A DNA stretch of 64,000 nucleotides from NCBI GenBank assembly GCA_026770705.1, contig JANJGN010000114.1, positions 1,178,001 through 1,242,000 on the forward strand. Direction: 5' to 3'. The DNA is from Isurus oxyrinchus (taxonomy: Eukaryota). A program made the position numbers and the translations under genes. A model generated the notes under the pieces. It did no database searches, had not been told where the DNA came from, and worked only from the letters and a program-made list of their open reading frames with translations. This document shows positions 26,201 to 41,200 of the stretch, piece by piece; position 1 is the first letter of the stretch, and the number at the start of each line of letters is the position of its first letter.

Positions 26201-29200
26201 CAGTTAGGTTAAAAGAACTCGAGGAACAAGTGACGTATATTCACACCTCCCTCCTTATAAGATATTTCTATTTATGTTCCGGTAAAATTGAACTATTTAT
26301 TCACCTGAACACAGAACCCCGACGCCGATGCTCCCATTGAGAGACGAATTCATTGCAAATGAGCTGCAGTTGCAGAGATGCAGTTCGTTTCCTCCACACT
26401 GGACATCATTCACCCACACAGGCCCTTCACTCTCTCCATACATTGCAGAGGTATAAGCGGCAAGTGCGACACCACATCCTAGTTGCTTGCAGACCACGGT
26501 AGCATCATGGAGGTCCCAGAGGCTGTCCTGTACTCTGCCCCAGCGACCGTTGTGGTAAATTTCCACCCGACCATCACAGCGGCTTCCCCCATTCGTCAAT
26601 CTCAGTGACCAGCTTTCATCTACAAGATGACAGCAAGGGGTAACATTCAAACAAATCATGCACATTTGACTCAATATAACCAGGGCAATGATTATTCACG
26701 TAAATGTTCTGACCCTAGTGCCAAGGTGAGGCAGATCAGTGGGACCCTGCTGAGCACGCTGATGCGGGAGGGTGAGCAGTCAGCATTCGTGCTCCGTTAG
26801 TGGAACAATTTCAGAGGTAGGAAGAGGGGTGTAGTCCTGCAGATGATTTTTAAATATGTTGCAAGCAATCTAGTAAATTGCCATCAACGGAGTAATATCC
26901 TGATAATATTGAAATATCCCAGCACAACGTACGAGCGATAGAACTGATGAACATGTCGCAAGATAAACTGTGCACGAGAGTCCTAATGAAGCTCATGTGA
27001 CTTTGTGACCTGTTCTCATGGACTCATAGACTCAGTTCTGTGAAGAAAGGACCAATGTGTTTCACATGAAAAAAATCCGGGGGCAATGTCCGTCTGGTTT
27101 ATTGGTTGGACAGTACAGAATGAATTTGTCAGGGATTTGGGAACGGGCAGATATGGTTAGAGAGAAAAACCAAACTGCACAGAAAAGTAGAAAAGAAAGA
27201 TTGCAATAACGGAGGAAATAATGTGGTGTTATTCGTGATAAGCACAACCGGGGTTGTATAATGGCCTCAATTATATTTACTTTTCGGGTGTGTGAACGTA
27301 CATTGCAATAAATGATGTTTGTGACGTGCAGGCTCTGAAAATGACTGAGGAGCAATAATGGAAAATTGGCTTAGACAAGTGCAGGACTATGCAAAAGCTC
27401 AAAGGCTCCCTGGGTGATTAAAGAGATGGGGATTAAGGTGAAGCCGAAATAAATATATATGGATAGGATATTGAATTTGGATAATGCAAGAGAGATCCAA
27501 GATGAGTGTACAATATCCAGACCATATAAGAGACTCCCACTAACATAAAACGGGATCTTACAGTCTTATATAGGCACAAAACAGACACCAAAAAGGAAAT
27601 CGGCATATAAAGGCTGATGTTATGGCTCAGCTGCTGAGTCAGCATTTTGAGTATGTTTTTTTTGCTAAGGAAGAAAATGCTCCTCAATGGTGGACAAAGA
27701 ATAGGCAGATTAAATAAAATGGAGTGTTTAGATATTTATAAAGAGGACGAATTGGCTTGGACAACTGATGTTGAATTTGACGGGACACATGGATTGGATG
27801 ACGTCTATTCGGGGAGCATGACCAATGTCAGAGCCGAAATCGCCAGATAATGGTCATAATGTTCCCATCCTTCTTCAATGCCGGTAAATGAAGTTTCCAA
27901 ATATTACACCCTTGTTCAAGAAATGGTGTTAGGATAAATGCAGTAAATTCGGACCAGTAAGTTTAATATTGGCTTTGGGAAAGCTTTGTTTCCTTGGAAA
28001 ATATACATTGGGGCAGAAGTTAGAGCCAGTTGAAAAATGTAGTTTCATTAACAATCTTGGGCGGATTTGGTAAGAGACAATCTCATTGCACGGACTTGCT
28101 AGAGTAATTTAATGAGGTTAGTGAGACTGTTAATGAGGCTAATGGAGTGGATGTGGCTTTGATGGACTTTGAAATGACCTTTTTAAAGGGTCACGATAGC
28201 TGCTTGGCAGAAATGTTTGGCGCCTGTGGAATAAAAAAAAATAACTGATTGGAGATGGAATTGCTCTTTGAAAGGGAACAGGACGTCGTGTTCAACGTTT
28301 CTTCTTTTCCAGACCAGAGGAACAGGACATTCCACCTGGCTAGAAACCCTGATTTTCCGTTAATACATGATATCTACCGAGACTTGGTTGTAAGGGGAAC
28401 AATTTCATTTTTTTTCTTCAAAGTATACAGAATTTTTTTTCGTGTTGTAAAATGTTGAAAGATTAAAATTAAATCAGACACCGACAAGCTGTTAGAACGG
28501 GCCGGAAAGTTATAGACGAAATTCGGTTGAGGGAAGCATTGGTTGGCCCATTTTTGTTGGAAGTAAAAAAAATACCTATTTAAAGTAGATAAGTATTTTT
28601 TTCAAAACTCCCGGATGCCTCAGCGCAAGTTACAGTCATTTATTTGCATTGTGTAATGTCAGCACTGTTGCAATTTAAGGAACGCCGCAGCCATAATGGG
28701 CGCAGTAAAATCGCACAAAAATCGTGTGATAATGACCAGATGAGCTACATTGTCTGATGTTGATCAAGGGACAACTTTGGATAGACTCCCTAGTTTCCCT
28801 CAAAGTAGACCCATGGTAAATATTTTTATTAACCTCCACTGATGCAGATATGGCATCGATTAAACCTCTTACCTGGAACAAGCAAAATTATAGAGAACAG
28901 CATTCCCACAGCACTGCACTTCATTCACAGACTTGACTGCTCTGGTAAATAACTTGAAACATTCTTGAAACAGGCCTTGTGCTTTAGAAGTGAGTGTTTT
29001 TAAGAGAGGTAAGGCTGGCAAACGAAGGACTAGGAGAAGGAACAATAAAGAACTGGATCATTTCTGAATGAGTTTCAGAAGCTGACGATCCTCGGGTACA
29101 TTTGTAAGAAACATTGTACTTGACAGCGCAGGTTGCGAAAAGGCTGCTAAAGTTTGGAGTTCTTTGGTGTATAACTAAGGCACAGAGTACACTGAAGGGA

Positions 29201-32200
29201 AGATGTTATGATTCATTTCGGCCTCATCTGGAATAATGCTTCCAATTCTGGGCTAAAAACGTTAGGGAGGGTATGAAGGCATTAGCAATGATGCAGGAAT
29301 GCTTCATAAGATCATTCCGGTGATGACAAACGTATTTTTTCTACATTGTTTGAGTGAGCTACGAATATTCTACTTGGAGAGGGAATGCTAAAACAACCTT
29401 CGGGTTCTGGACATTACGGCACAGAAAAATTGTTGCCATTGGCGGAAGGATCAAGAATGATCAGTTCAGATTCATGGTGATGGACAAATTGGAAATGGTG
29501 ACTTAAGGATGCTAATTTTGCATGTTGCGATTAATTACGTTCTGCAATGCACTGCCTGAGAATGTGGTGGACGAGGATATGCAATGCACTGACTGAAATT
29601 GTAGTGAATGATGAAATGCAAAGCACTGTCTGAGAAAATGTTAGCTTAAGATCTGCAATGCAATGTCTTAGATTGTGATGGATGAGGATCTGTAATGCAT
29701 TGACAGAGAATGTGGGTGATGAGGACCTGGGATGCAATGTACCAGAATATGCTGGATGGCAATCCGCAATACACTGTCTGAGAATGTGATGGAAGACTGT
29801 CTACAATGCACTGGCTGAGAATGGGGGTAGGTGAGGATCTGCTTCAAGCTATCTGACATGCACATTCTGAGATCGTGGGGGGGGTGAGGATCTGAAACAC
29901 ACGGTCTGAGATTGTGGGGGATGTGGATCTGCAATGCAATGCTTGGGAATGTGGTGGATTTGGATCTGCAATCCACTGCCTGAGAATGTGGGGGAATAAA
30001 GATTTGCAATGCACTGTCTGAGAATGTGGGTGATGAGGGTCTGGAATGCACATGTATGAGAATGTGCTGGATGACGATCTGCAATGCTCTTTCAGATAAT
30101 TTGGTGAATGAGGACATGGAATGCACCTTCCGACAAGGTGGTGGATAAAGATCTGAAATATGCTGTCTGAGATTGTGGTGGATGTCGACCTGCAATGCAC
30201 TGTCTGAAAATGTGGCGTATGTGGATCTTCACTGCATTTTCTGAAAATGTGAGTGACGAGGATCTGGAATGCACTATCTGAGAATGTGCTGGATGACGAT
30301 CTACATTCCACTGTCTAAGATTGTGGTATTTGATGATCTGCATTGTACTGTTGAAGAATGTGGATGATGAGGGTCTGCAATGCACTGACTGAGAAAGCGA
30401 AGGATGAGGATATGAAATGCACTCTCTGAAAATGATGGTGATGAGGATCTGCAATTCATTGTTGGAGAATATGGTGCTTGAAGATATGAAAAGCATTGTC
30501 TAAGAATGTGGCGGCGAGGATCTGAAATGCACTGCCTGAAGATGTGGTGGATGAATATGAATCGTAGATTTTAAAATATATATGGTTAGATAAATGACTG
30601 AAAAACAATGCACAGTTATTGTAAATTGCAGGGTTGTGTGAGTGGGTGAGATACTTTCGCAGAGAGCCTCCATGGACAGAACATGCTGAAAGGCCCCTTT
30701 TAGTGTTGCAGGGAGATTATTTTAATCCATGATTACATTGACTGAGAGGTCTCACCTGAACAGATGACACTGGCGAAATTTCCATGTGAGCAGTTAAAAT
30801 TTTCCCCGGTTGTAACCCGACACTCTGTCACTCGCGATTCATTCCCGTGGCACCTGTAATTTTCCTTCCACACAGGGCCTGCTCCCTGCCCAAAGGGAGA
30901 AACCCTCGGGATTTCCTTTACAGCCCCGCACTGAAGGTGCTCACACACCACACTGGCGTCTTCTAAACCAAAGTGAATATCACACAGGGTCCCCCACTGC
31001 TCTCCGTGCAGCACTTCCACCCGGCCGGAGCACCTGTTCTCACCACCAACCAATCGGGGTCCATGCTTCCCTGTTTTTAATAAAAACAAGGACGAAAATA
31101 TTTTGTAAATGAACATTTGAATATAGACATGGCGAAACAAAGAAAAATGAAGAGATGAAAATTTATAAATTCGTGTTGTACTGCACTGTTTATACATCTT
31201 ACTGTTTGAAACTCATTAGACTGCGATAAGCCCTTAAACGAACGCATCTGTTTGCTCAAAGTACAGAGTTCATCCAGGAAAAAGCTAATGGAATTTTGGA
31301 CTTTGTCTCAACAGCTTTGAAATACCAAAGAGAGGACGTGACGTTTCAGTCATACCCAGTATTGGCCAGAACCAACCTGTATAACAGCTGTCAGATTTGG
31401 ACAGGGCACTCCGGAAGAAACTATTCGTCTTGGAGGGGATGCAACGTATATATAGAAGGATGCTTAATTTACTTAAACATTGTATTGTGATTCCAAATGG
31501 AACAAAAATGTCTTGAAGTTATTTACTCTGGAAGGATTAGGGCTGATTGAACGATGTTAAAAATCTTAAATGGATTTCAAAGATGTGGCAAAGAGTCACG
31601 GGTCCAGTAATCCAGAACAAGGTCGCTCAAGGGATGAAGTTGTTATTGCCGGGGACAGGAATATATTTGAGACGGCCTGCATTTATTCCTGTTTTCTATA
31701 TTCCCCTGTGGAAGCGATTGAAATTGATTCTCTTGGACTGCTGACGTAGGCACATAGCACATACAGTTGCAATGCTGCTACGGAGATAATCCCACTATTT
31801 TGAGCAAGAAACAAGAAAGGAAATTTTCTCCTAATTATTTACTTTATTTCGGTCAATTCATTGAAACGCCTCTCTAAAATAATGCAACCACAGTTAAATA
31901 TTGATTCGCCTACTTTTATAATTAATGAAGTCATTTCATGTTTGGCAGACAGAAAACGACTTGAGAGTTCAATCGATAATGGGTGTTCTGGCAAATGTGA
32001 ATGAAAAAAGCTATGTATGGTGCAAGCATTAATTTCGCAATAATAATGCGTTATTTTCAGATTACGTAGAAGTTACTGACTTAAACATAATTGCGTTATT
32101 ACAGAATCATAAAAAGCGACAGTGAACTATAAAGAAGTGCTTGGGAATGATCATAATACAAGGAAACAGCAATGGCATTTTCTCTGTTTCTGAAAAGTTC

Positions 32201-35200
32201 ACCAGAAAACCTTTATGTGTTTCGGAATCCTTCTACTCACCGGAACAGCTCACACCGACATCGTTCATGTGGGTGCACTCGTTTTGATTTACTGGAGAGA
32301 TAGGGCAGTCTGTCAGGCTTGTCTCATTGCCTTTACAATCAAATTTATCGCTCCGTAGAATTCCAGTGCCCTTTCCAAAATAAGCCCCTTCTTCCACAGA
32401 CACGGGGACTCCACACTGAAGCTGATGACAGACCACACTGGCATCATTCCAATCCCAGTGAAGATCACACACTGTTCCCCAGGTTGTACCGAACTGTATT
32501 TCCAGTCTGCCCGAGCAGTTGGAATCCACGGATACGAGTCTGGGAAACCTGTGATCTGAGTAACAACAATTCATGATTGTCCCAATCATTTTCAATTTTG
32601 TGCATATCTGTTTAAGCAAAACCTGTGATGATGACTTCTGATAAGGGTTTCATCCCGGAACAATAGCGATTAAGCTAAACCCCACAATCCTCCAGAAGTT
32701 ATTGCTTGTAAAGAGGCCACATGCATCCTTTAACACACTTAGATTTACTGCTACCTCAGTACAGTGTTACAAGCATGCACTATATCTGCAGAGAGAACTT
32801 GGCTAAACATCTATTGAGAGAGAAGTGCTCTTTGACGTCAAACAATCTCTGCACTACCTGCAGCGAAAGTTCTTCATTGCATATTATTCTTATACCGGTT
32901 CCCGCCCGGAATCCATAGACTGAAATGCAACCATACCATCCATCATTCCAACACACGTGCACACCTTCGAGGTTCGGTCGATAGATCTCATTGATGATGA
33001 TCACCAAGAATTCGACTTTTCACAGCTGATATTTCATTGGCACTAATGCCCAAATAGAAACTACATCAAGTTGCATCCAGGCAACATTCCCCCCACCCAC
33101 AGACACCCCCCCCCCCCCCCTTACCCCAGCCAACCCAGCCATCATTGCAGGAAAACATCTGATCAACAAAAAAATTCCCTTTCTCTTACATTCCGTATTT
33201 TCTATCGAGTTGAATTTAATAGTTTTAAATACATATTTATTTTCAAAGTCCCAATTTATCTACTTTTACCACCTCTGGCCCCTCATTTTTCAATCCCCCC
33301 TCTTGAAATTATAAGACCCACTGTTCACAACATCTACTTATATGGAAGTGACAGCAGCTTTCTCTTCATAACACTTTCAGGGCGTAACTCTTCCCTGGAA
33401 CCGGGCGACTGCAACTAGACATATCCTGTGACCGGCCAGAAAATTACTCAGATAAATCCAGGAACCCTGACTTGTCCTCGAATCTACCATTTGATCTGCT
33501 GGCGTTTGTTCTTTCGTCGATGGAGCATATTGACGAACACAGACACCAAATAACCTCAAACATAAAATGATTGATCCCACAATACTTACCCAGTGAAACG
33601 TTCCGAACGCTGGAAGCACAAAGCAATGTTAAGTGCCATTTTGAATATGTCAGTAAAATGTAACGGTCACATACAAGGGGCAAAAACAGGCTCGTGTTAT
33701 TTTAGCATTTTTAAAGTATTGACAGCTGAATCCAAACGAAACAATCACCGGATAATCATGTACAGTTTTGTGAACCAAGCCTTAGTTTTAATATGCTGAT
33801 CATTTAAGGAGTGCATTTCGGGCTCCCCAGAATGTTTCCCGCCTTCCAAGTGCAAACTTGAAAGGACAGCTTATGTCAATTGGTTCATGTTCCCGTACAT
33901 CGCCTTTTGATTCCCGAAGCTTTAAATTTAATAGATCACTGAAGCATTTCATACTAATATATATAATCAATCACATACAAAGGGAGCCTCTTAAGGCCAT
34001 AATCAATGTGCAATTGAATGGGGAGACAGTGTTATCCCAACAATATTCTCTCTCTTCCTCACTCAGACCTCACTTCTACTGTAATCAGGTCAGTGAGAGG
34101 CAATGAGAAAGCAAACTCATTGCAACCGAATAGTCTTCACGGGCCTTGGCAATTAATGTCCGGTAACCTTCCATCTGTAGCCTGAATTGCATGGCATAAT
34201 ATAGGGGTGAATGGATTAAAACAAAAATGACCCTCAATAATTATGGGTCATTGGATCCAGGACACCAATTACACTGTCAGATGCATTAAAATATTTGGAT
34301 GACAGACTATCAGATCGCTGCCTTCTACAATGTTTACCAACATTGTTCATGGATCGTTTGTCCATTAACGAATGTTGTCTCTGAATATCGCTTCCACAGT
34401 TGTAGTGCCAAAATCTTACTGGTGTAAAACGTGAACATTGTCTGTCCACAGGTACCCCTTACCCAAATCCATGGTTTTAACATCTTCTGTTTTTTTTTTC
34501 TGAAAAAAAATAGTTACATTATTTCCTTTACATTTCACAGTAGATTTTCTGTACTGTCGTGCAGCAGAAAAAAAACAGCTAATTCCGTGTGAGAGACGAT
34601 GTGGAGCTGGCGGACAGCTAGCAGAATTAATCCCAAACTGCATAGCAAACAGCCATCAGTAATTAAGGATGGATGTTAGATATTCAGACCAGCACAAAGG
34701 TAGTTCGTTGTGTTCCAACAGGACTGATGCCAGGAACAATATTGTTTGCCGTTTACAGAAACAGATTATCCACAGGGAATAGTTCAAAATTAGTCTGTGG
34801 AGTCAAATTCAAAGCGCAGTTTAAACTCAGGAAAACTGTGAGAGGGTACTCACAGAGACAGAATAAACAGTAAATGCAATAAATTCCCAAAAAGTGCACT
34901 TAATTTGCAAATGAATGTTATAATAGTTAAGGGCAATGCGTTATTTTTGTGAGAATTAATTCAGAGCTCAGGTATTCATTGGAAAATGAAAGTGCACATT
35001 AGGTAGATGTGCCATCGGATCTCAGTGTCTCGGCCTTCATTTTTGGAGGGAAGGACTTAAAAAGCTTGATAGTTTCATTATATTTCGGTCAGCCCACTCT
35101 CGCACTGCCGGCATTTTCCTGTCCCGCGGAAGTCAATGGACATTTGAATAGGTCATCTCCATTGACACCCACGGCACCACCGCAACGGGGCCATCAAATT

Positions 35201-38200
35201 CCTAGAGACACGAGAAAAGTTGAAAGTTATTTAAATGGATTTTGACCGTTCTACGAGAAAGGTTGGGGGAAATGAAATGAATTGCCAGGGTACATTTGTT
35301 TTCACGATGGAAGGTAACCAGAGCACTGAAATGATAAAGATCTTTTTGACGATTGAACAAATTGACAGGATAGATGATGGTTAACTCTGGGCTATGGTCA
35401 AACTTGCAAACTTAAAAAAAATACTAAAATTCCCAAATGCATTCGGAAGAAATGTTTTTTTTTACTAGACAGTTGTTAGAATGTGGAACTCGTGGCCACT
35501 GAAGATGAGGTGATTGCAATGGATTTATTTATGATTGATGAACAGATGATGGTGAATGGAACCTCACGTTATATTGATGAAGATAGATGATAAGTTGTTG
35601 TATTGCCTGGAGGGTAAAGTGGTTGGGGAGTGGGGGATGCTCGATTACGTCATTAACCCCGAGATTGACCGGTTGGCCTATGGAGTCAGTAGCTTTGCCG
35701 TCGAGAATGTGTGATTCTGTGTAATGTTTACAACAGAACTACAGTTGTGAACTTCGCTAACACGACCTGTATTAACTGTCCATCCGAGTTTGCTTGAGAA
35801 GATATTCTGTGTTTCATAAAAGCAGCTGCCTTGTGTGTGGTGAACGGGCTACCACATTGCTCTTAGATTGGGAGTTCATGGAACTTGAATCAGCGAGATG
35901 AACGCCGTTTCTTTCAGAAATGGAGAAGAGAATATTTTTAGAGGTGCTGCTGTTCCCCCTGCACATAATTAAGATTGCCGTCTTATTATCGCACTGAGGG
36001 AGAGAATGGTGGTTGATGGTGGTGATTAAACACCCAGTCAAAGACAGAACTTCATCTGGGGATGGCAAGTCTCCTGTCTAGTGCCTCAGCAGCGCCTTTA
36101 CAGGTCACGTGCAGTTTCCACGATTAGCGATGATTCGGGAAATGAGAAACAATGGTGAGACAGTTGAAGACTGATACTCACAGAACATTCAGCCTCTGGC
36201 CTGCTGAGGAAGCCACGGCATTGGCATTGGCTATTGCAAATGGAAGTTCAGTCAACGGTGTTCCCCAAGTTTAAGATGATGAGGGACTGTTTGACTGCAA
36301 AGCAACTGAATGTCAATTGGAATCTCTCTTCCATTGCTGTCATTAGCCGTTTGCAGACACGTCTTACTTGGCTTTTATCATTTGGGGCATGGATGTTGTG
36401 CAGGATTTGCTCTGTGTGGCTATGGGCTGCTTCCTAATTTGATGAATTGCGAATGGAGCCGAGCACTGGGCAGTCATGATCAAACAACTCCTCTTCCGAA
36501 CATGTAACATAAAGGAGATGACTGAAGCAGTTGAAAAAATTACAACATTGATCAGTAACTTAGAAAGTGCAGTTTCCGTTTAATCTCCATTGAGTTTAGT
36601 TTTAAAAGGCTGATTCAGTTTTATAATTGCTGCCCTTTCCACCGAAATCCCACAAAGGGTTAAGTTGCTAATAGATCTGTTCCGATGATGCCTAGATTAG
36701 GTCCATGTGCCAGGATTTCTTGGGTGCGCTGATGGGGAACTCTCCGCTTTTCATCCAGTAATGTAACGCTGTCAAGATTATTCACTGCAATTGTGCCTTG
36801 CATTACACTTAACATATTGGTTTGAAATGCTGCACTTCTTCCGATCTCAATATCAATTAAATATTGAACCGAATGGTCTGTGCAGTTGACATCGGGATTA
36901 TGTTTGCAGATTATACCCTTGCTGCCCCATAATTTAGACTCTCCCCACACACAGAAACCTTCCTTCCCAGTTCCCGATTCACAACCTGTAAAATATCAGA
37001 CCAATTATTCCGTACTACGGAATCTGGGAAACCTGAGGAACGGCAGAGATGAGCATGCGGACCCAGCGAAAGTATTGGCGCCTTGAACTATGTGTGAACA
37101 TCCTGGGAAGTTTCAACTTCATCTGGGGAATTCCCCTGCTCTCTGGGAAACTCCGCAATAGAGCTGAATCAAGGACACCTGCATGCTCCGGTGTGTTCCC
37201 CAGGGTCGTTACGCCATGGAATTTATACAGGGAGTGAGAACATAAAACACTGATCTAACAGCTGGGCAACTGAATAACTGGACTCTGCAATCGCTCTCAC
37301 TGATTACCGCAAGAGCATGCCGAACCATCTATGCGAGTGGGGAGGGAGAGTGTATAATGCGTGCAGGATGTTCCGAACATTCTTCGCTTTCCATGGATTG
37401 TCCGGGTCACCTCACAGCAAGAAGCCAGCAGTGATATAAAGCGGGGTGCAACGTGCCGTTCCGGTGTGAGCTTAACTTTATAAATTAACACAATTATTGA
37501 CATGAATGTATGACACACAAGGGTTTTAATTATTGATAACATTAACTCCAACTGGAATATCCTGCCCTAAGTCTCATTCTTCAGCTATCGACTGTCCCAA
37601 AATAACATTTCCGCCTTTATTCCAGGGGAAAGAAATCGGATACAGTGGGCGATGCGAAGCAAAAGAAATATTTGTACCTGAGCAGATCGCGCTGACATCA
37701 TAGATGTGTGAAAAGGAATAGTGATCCCAGGAAACTGATTTACAGTCTCGCAGGGCGGCCTCGTTCCCGCTGCACTCAACATTATATGTCACAACGGGCC
37801 CGGAACCTTCCCCAAAGTGAGCCCCGCCCGGTGCAGAGACCGCGGTCCCGCAGCCCAGCTCCCGACAAACAACAGCAGCGTCCTGCAGGTCCCAGCTGTC
37901 ATCATCCACAGTCCCCCACTGCCCTCTGTAGTGAATCTCCACTCTTCCTGCGCATCGACTGCCCCCATTCGCCAGTCTCAGTTTCATAGCCTCTGTAAAA
38001 TACAATAATAAGCATAGAATTACAACCTATTAAAACCGCGAGACCCAGCTAACCGGTCTCCACTTTCTGCAGGTCAGAGCAGAAGAATTTGGCCCAATCT
38101 CCCATTGAAACTCGATTTAAATGTCAAACCTTTCAAACACAAGGATATAATTGTATTAAACCCATAAACGAGCCGGTATAAGTTGGAGAGATGCCCCTTC

Positions 38201-41200
38201 TGGGACAGTTTGTCGATACGTTCAGAATTTATTCCAGTCCCCGGAGATCAGGAGATGGAGGAGACTATAATAGCGAACCCAGTGATTGGCGGAGAGTGAG
38301 ATCCATTCAGAGTACCAGAGCACAAATTGCATTCTTCTTCTCCCAGCCAGCCCCACCCTCCCCCAACCTCCGGAACTGGAATGTCATGTAACCTCTATCT
38401 CTGTCTGTTCGCGAATTGGCAGCCCATTTGGGATCAAAAGCAGTATCAGTGGTTATTGCCATTCTCCTCTCCCGGAGCCAAGTCATGGTCACTCTGCATT
38501 AGACAGCAATTTTCCCTCAACAGGGTTTAAGTATGTTCATTATCAGTGCACAGGAAACATTCCGTTCCTCCCTGACAGGCACATGGAGAGCGAGTTAATC
38601 AATGATCAAGTCGGTACCGCAATTGTCTCCAGCAGTTAGTTTTAATTCACGTAGAATGGACAGAAAAATTTCAGATAAAATGAAAATTGAGAGTTATTAC
38701 CTGATGGATCAGCCTGACTGCTCCCAGTTCTGCCTGAAATGAAATGTTGAAAATTAAAGTTTCATGGGGGTAAGAGAACGATGAAACGGCCAAAAGCGTT
38801 CTTTGTTCAAAGCAAATGCGAGAATATTTTGTCATTTTTGAACATAAGGTTTTCAGGAACTTTATGTTAAAAAATTCAACAAACACCCAAGTTTCCATCA
38901 TTATCTGAAGGTAGATTTCCCGTCGCTTTTCAGAAGAAATAATCCCGCGATTTGTGATTTAATCTGTTTTCCACTCCTAATAAAGCATCCACTACAGGCT
39001 CAGTAGCAGGTTCATGTTATTAACTGGTCAACGTTTACCCAGGAGATCCAGAGAAAACCCATTACACAGAACACCTCTTCACCATCTAAGGTCCCTCTAA
39101 CATACTAAAGATAGTATGTTTACCACAGCCACTCTCGGTGCTCCAAGACATGGTGACCGGCCTGTTTTTGGTCACTTTCCATTTGTTGGTTTCACACCAT
39201 TGATTGTGCGTTAACATTTTCCATAATGGGCTCTGCTTTTTAGTTTTACCAGGAGGATATTCTGGTATCTCTATATTCCCTGTTTAAAGTGTTAAAGAAC
39301 ATCTCACATTGATTCCCGCCCTCAGTTGAATTTCTGCAACCCCTTGCATGATTTCTGCCATTCCTGCACAAAGCCTGCACCTTCCTAGAATATATTACTC
39401 AGGAGTTTATTGGAATTGTCTCTGATTGCCTGGGTAATGTAAGTCGCAACAATACTCAAGAAGCTGCGCACCAGCTAGTTCATAGCAACCCCCTTGAGCG
39501 GCAGTCCAAACAGGTCCACATTAAGCACTTCATGCACAAGATGCACAAGATATAAATGCGACCTGAAGCCTGATACAAGCCGACACAAAGCAATGCAAGA
39601 TTGAGAGTTGAGATCTGATATCTCATTAGCTACAACACGATCCTGTTATAAAAACATATGCAGCATGTGGAAAAGGCTGACAAACATTCAGGTTCACGTA
39701 AGTAATATACATATAAAAGTTTTCCTTAGGTAAGTGATTTAATTAAAACAGATTTCAGGCCCCCCAAAAAGAAACACATAATCAAGCATGTTTACAGGTT
39801 AATTGCCTGTGAAATGTGAGATCTTATGCTCTCCTCGCTTATCAGCACACAATTAATACTCATTATAACCATAATTATCCTATCACAACCAACATTGTTC
39901 GATCGCAATTTACAATTTAAATTTGAAAAAAAATATAACAGTCATTGTCCATAATTCCAAAGTTCAATTGAAAACACTATTTGAAATCTATCCGCTCATT
40001 ATAGCACACAACAGTCACAACCCTCTGCCACTGATAAACATCTGTTTTAAAAAATATGCGCACGGGTTCAGTTGGCAGAAAAGGCAACTTTAACAAGGTT
40101 TGTACAGTCGGCCAGTGACCTTACATCCCAGAATGTGATCCACGCTTCTCTTAGAGTAAATGCTCTCTGCTTCTAGCACTCTGGGATTAAAAACATTTGC
40201 AATTGACGCTGCTTTGCCTGTGCAAGAGCCGCAGGGGAGAACGTAAAACTAACTGACTCGTTTTTGGAGTTGTATTCTGGATTAAATCGAAATGTGTTAT
40301 GTATTTGGCCACGTATTCAAAGTTTCTGTTAGGCAGATGCAAGTTAATATTTAGATGTCACGTTTATTAATAGAATTTGATAAATTAATTTCCCTTTTTA
40401 ATGTCGAATGAACGGAAAATAATGCAGTCCGTAATATGCATTCAATGACATTTCCACACTTCAAATAAACAGTTTCAAATCTCTCTCCATTTAATATAAA
40501 TGTTAACATAGGCCCGCTTTTGGGGATTTAAACCTAATCTGCGCTTGGTTTGTGAAAATGATTCGGGATTATGTTAATTTCGTCTTCTGTCTCCTTTCTG
40601 CTCTCTGCAGGGAATGTTCGTAAAATTAGCGACACAATTAGGATTTTAGAATTAAAACTTTTATTTTTCATGTTTTGTTTAAAAAATAAAGTAAATAGCC
40701 AATGTTTTGATAAATGAAAAATGTGTCTGATAATTCTCGAATTTATTCCCTGTCAGTAAAACACAATTTATTTTTGCGCTTTTCACCGCCAAAGCAGCAA
40801 AAAAAATAAGTAATCCTCGCCCCGATGCAAAGTAATTGAAAAAAAAATCCCGAGATCCCCTTAAGTCCACATAAAAGTTCTCGGGAATTTGGAAGGAGGA
40901 GGATAAAACTTGATAATTTCCTGAATCTGTACACAGATAATGAGCGAAGCAGAAACTACAACTTCATATCAAACAGTGAAAATATTGATGCAAGTAAAAG
41001 ATAAGAAAAATTCTGAGCAAATATGTAAATATAAGAACATTTTTTACTAAGTAAGTTTTTGTAGATTGCAGGTAATAATTATACATATAGTAAAAGTTAA
41101 TTCAAGCAATGTTTAAGCTGACAAAAATTAAGATTTTATTCTACACTATTCAAAAATATTATCCAACCCTCTACTGCTGAATAAAGCATTTGCATGCTTC

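Noticed and set aside
29531-30496. His/Ser-rich repeat ORFs and a CRISPR-like periodic look
   Set aside because: Head-to-tail minisatellite without unique spacers, in eukaryotic intronic DNA, with no cas genes.
33585-33640. Strong G|gtaagt donor on the minus strand in the SRCR1-SRCR2 intron (possible micro-exon or alternative first exon)
   Set aside because: The nearest acceptor gives a 20-nt frame-breaking exon, and the upstream ATG is not in phase 1 with SRCR2.
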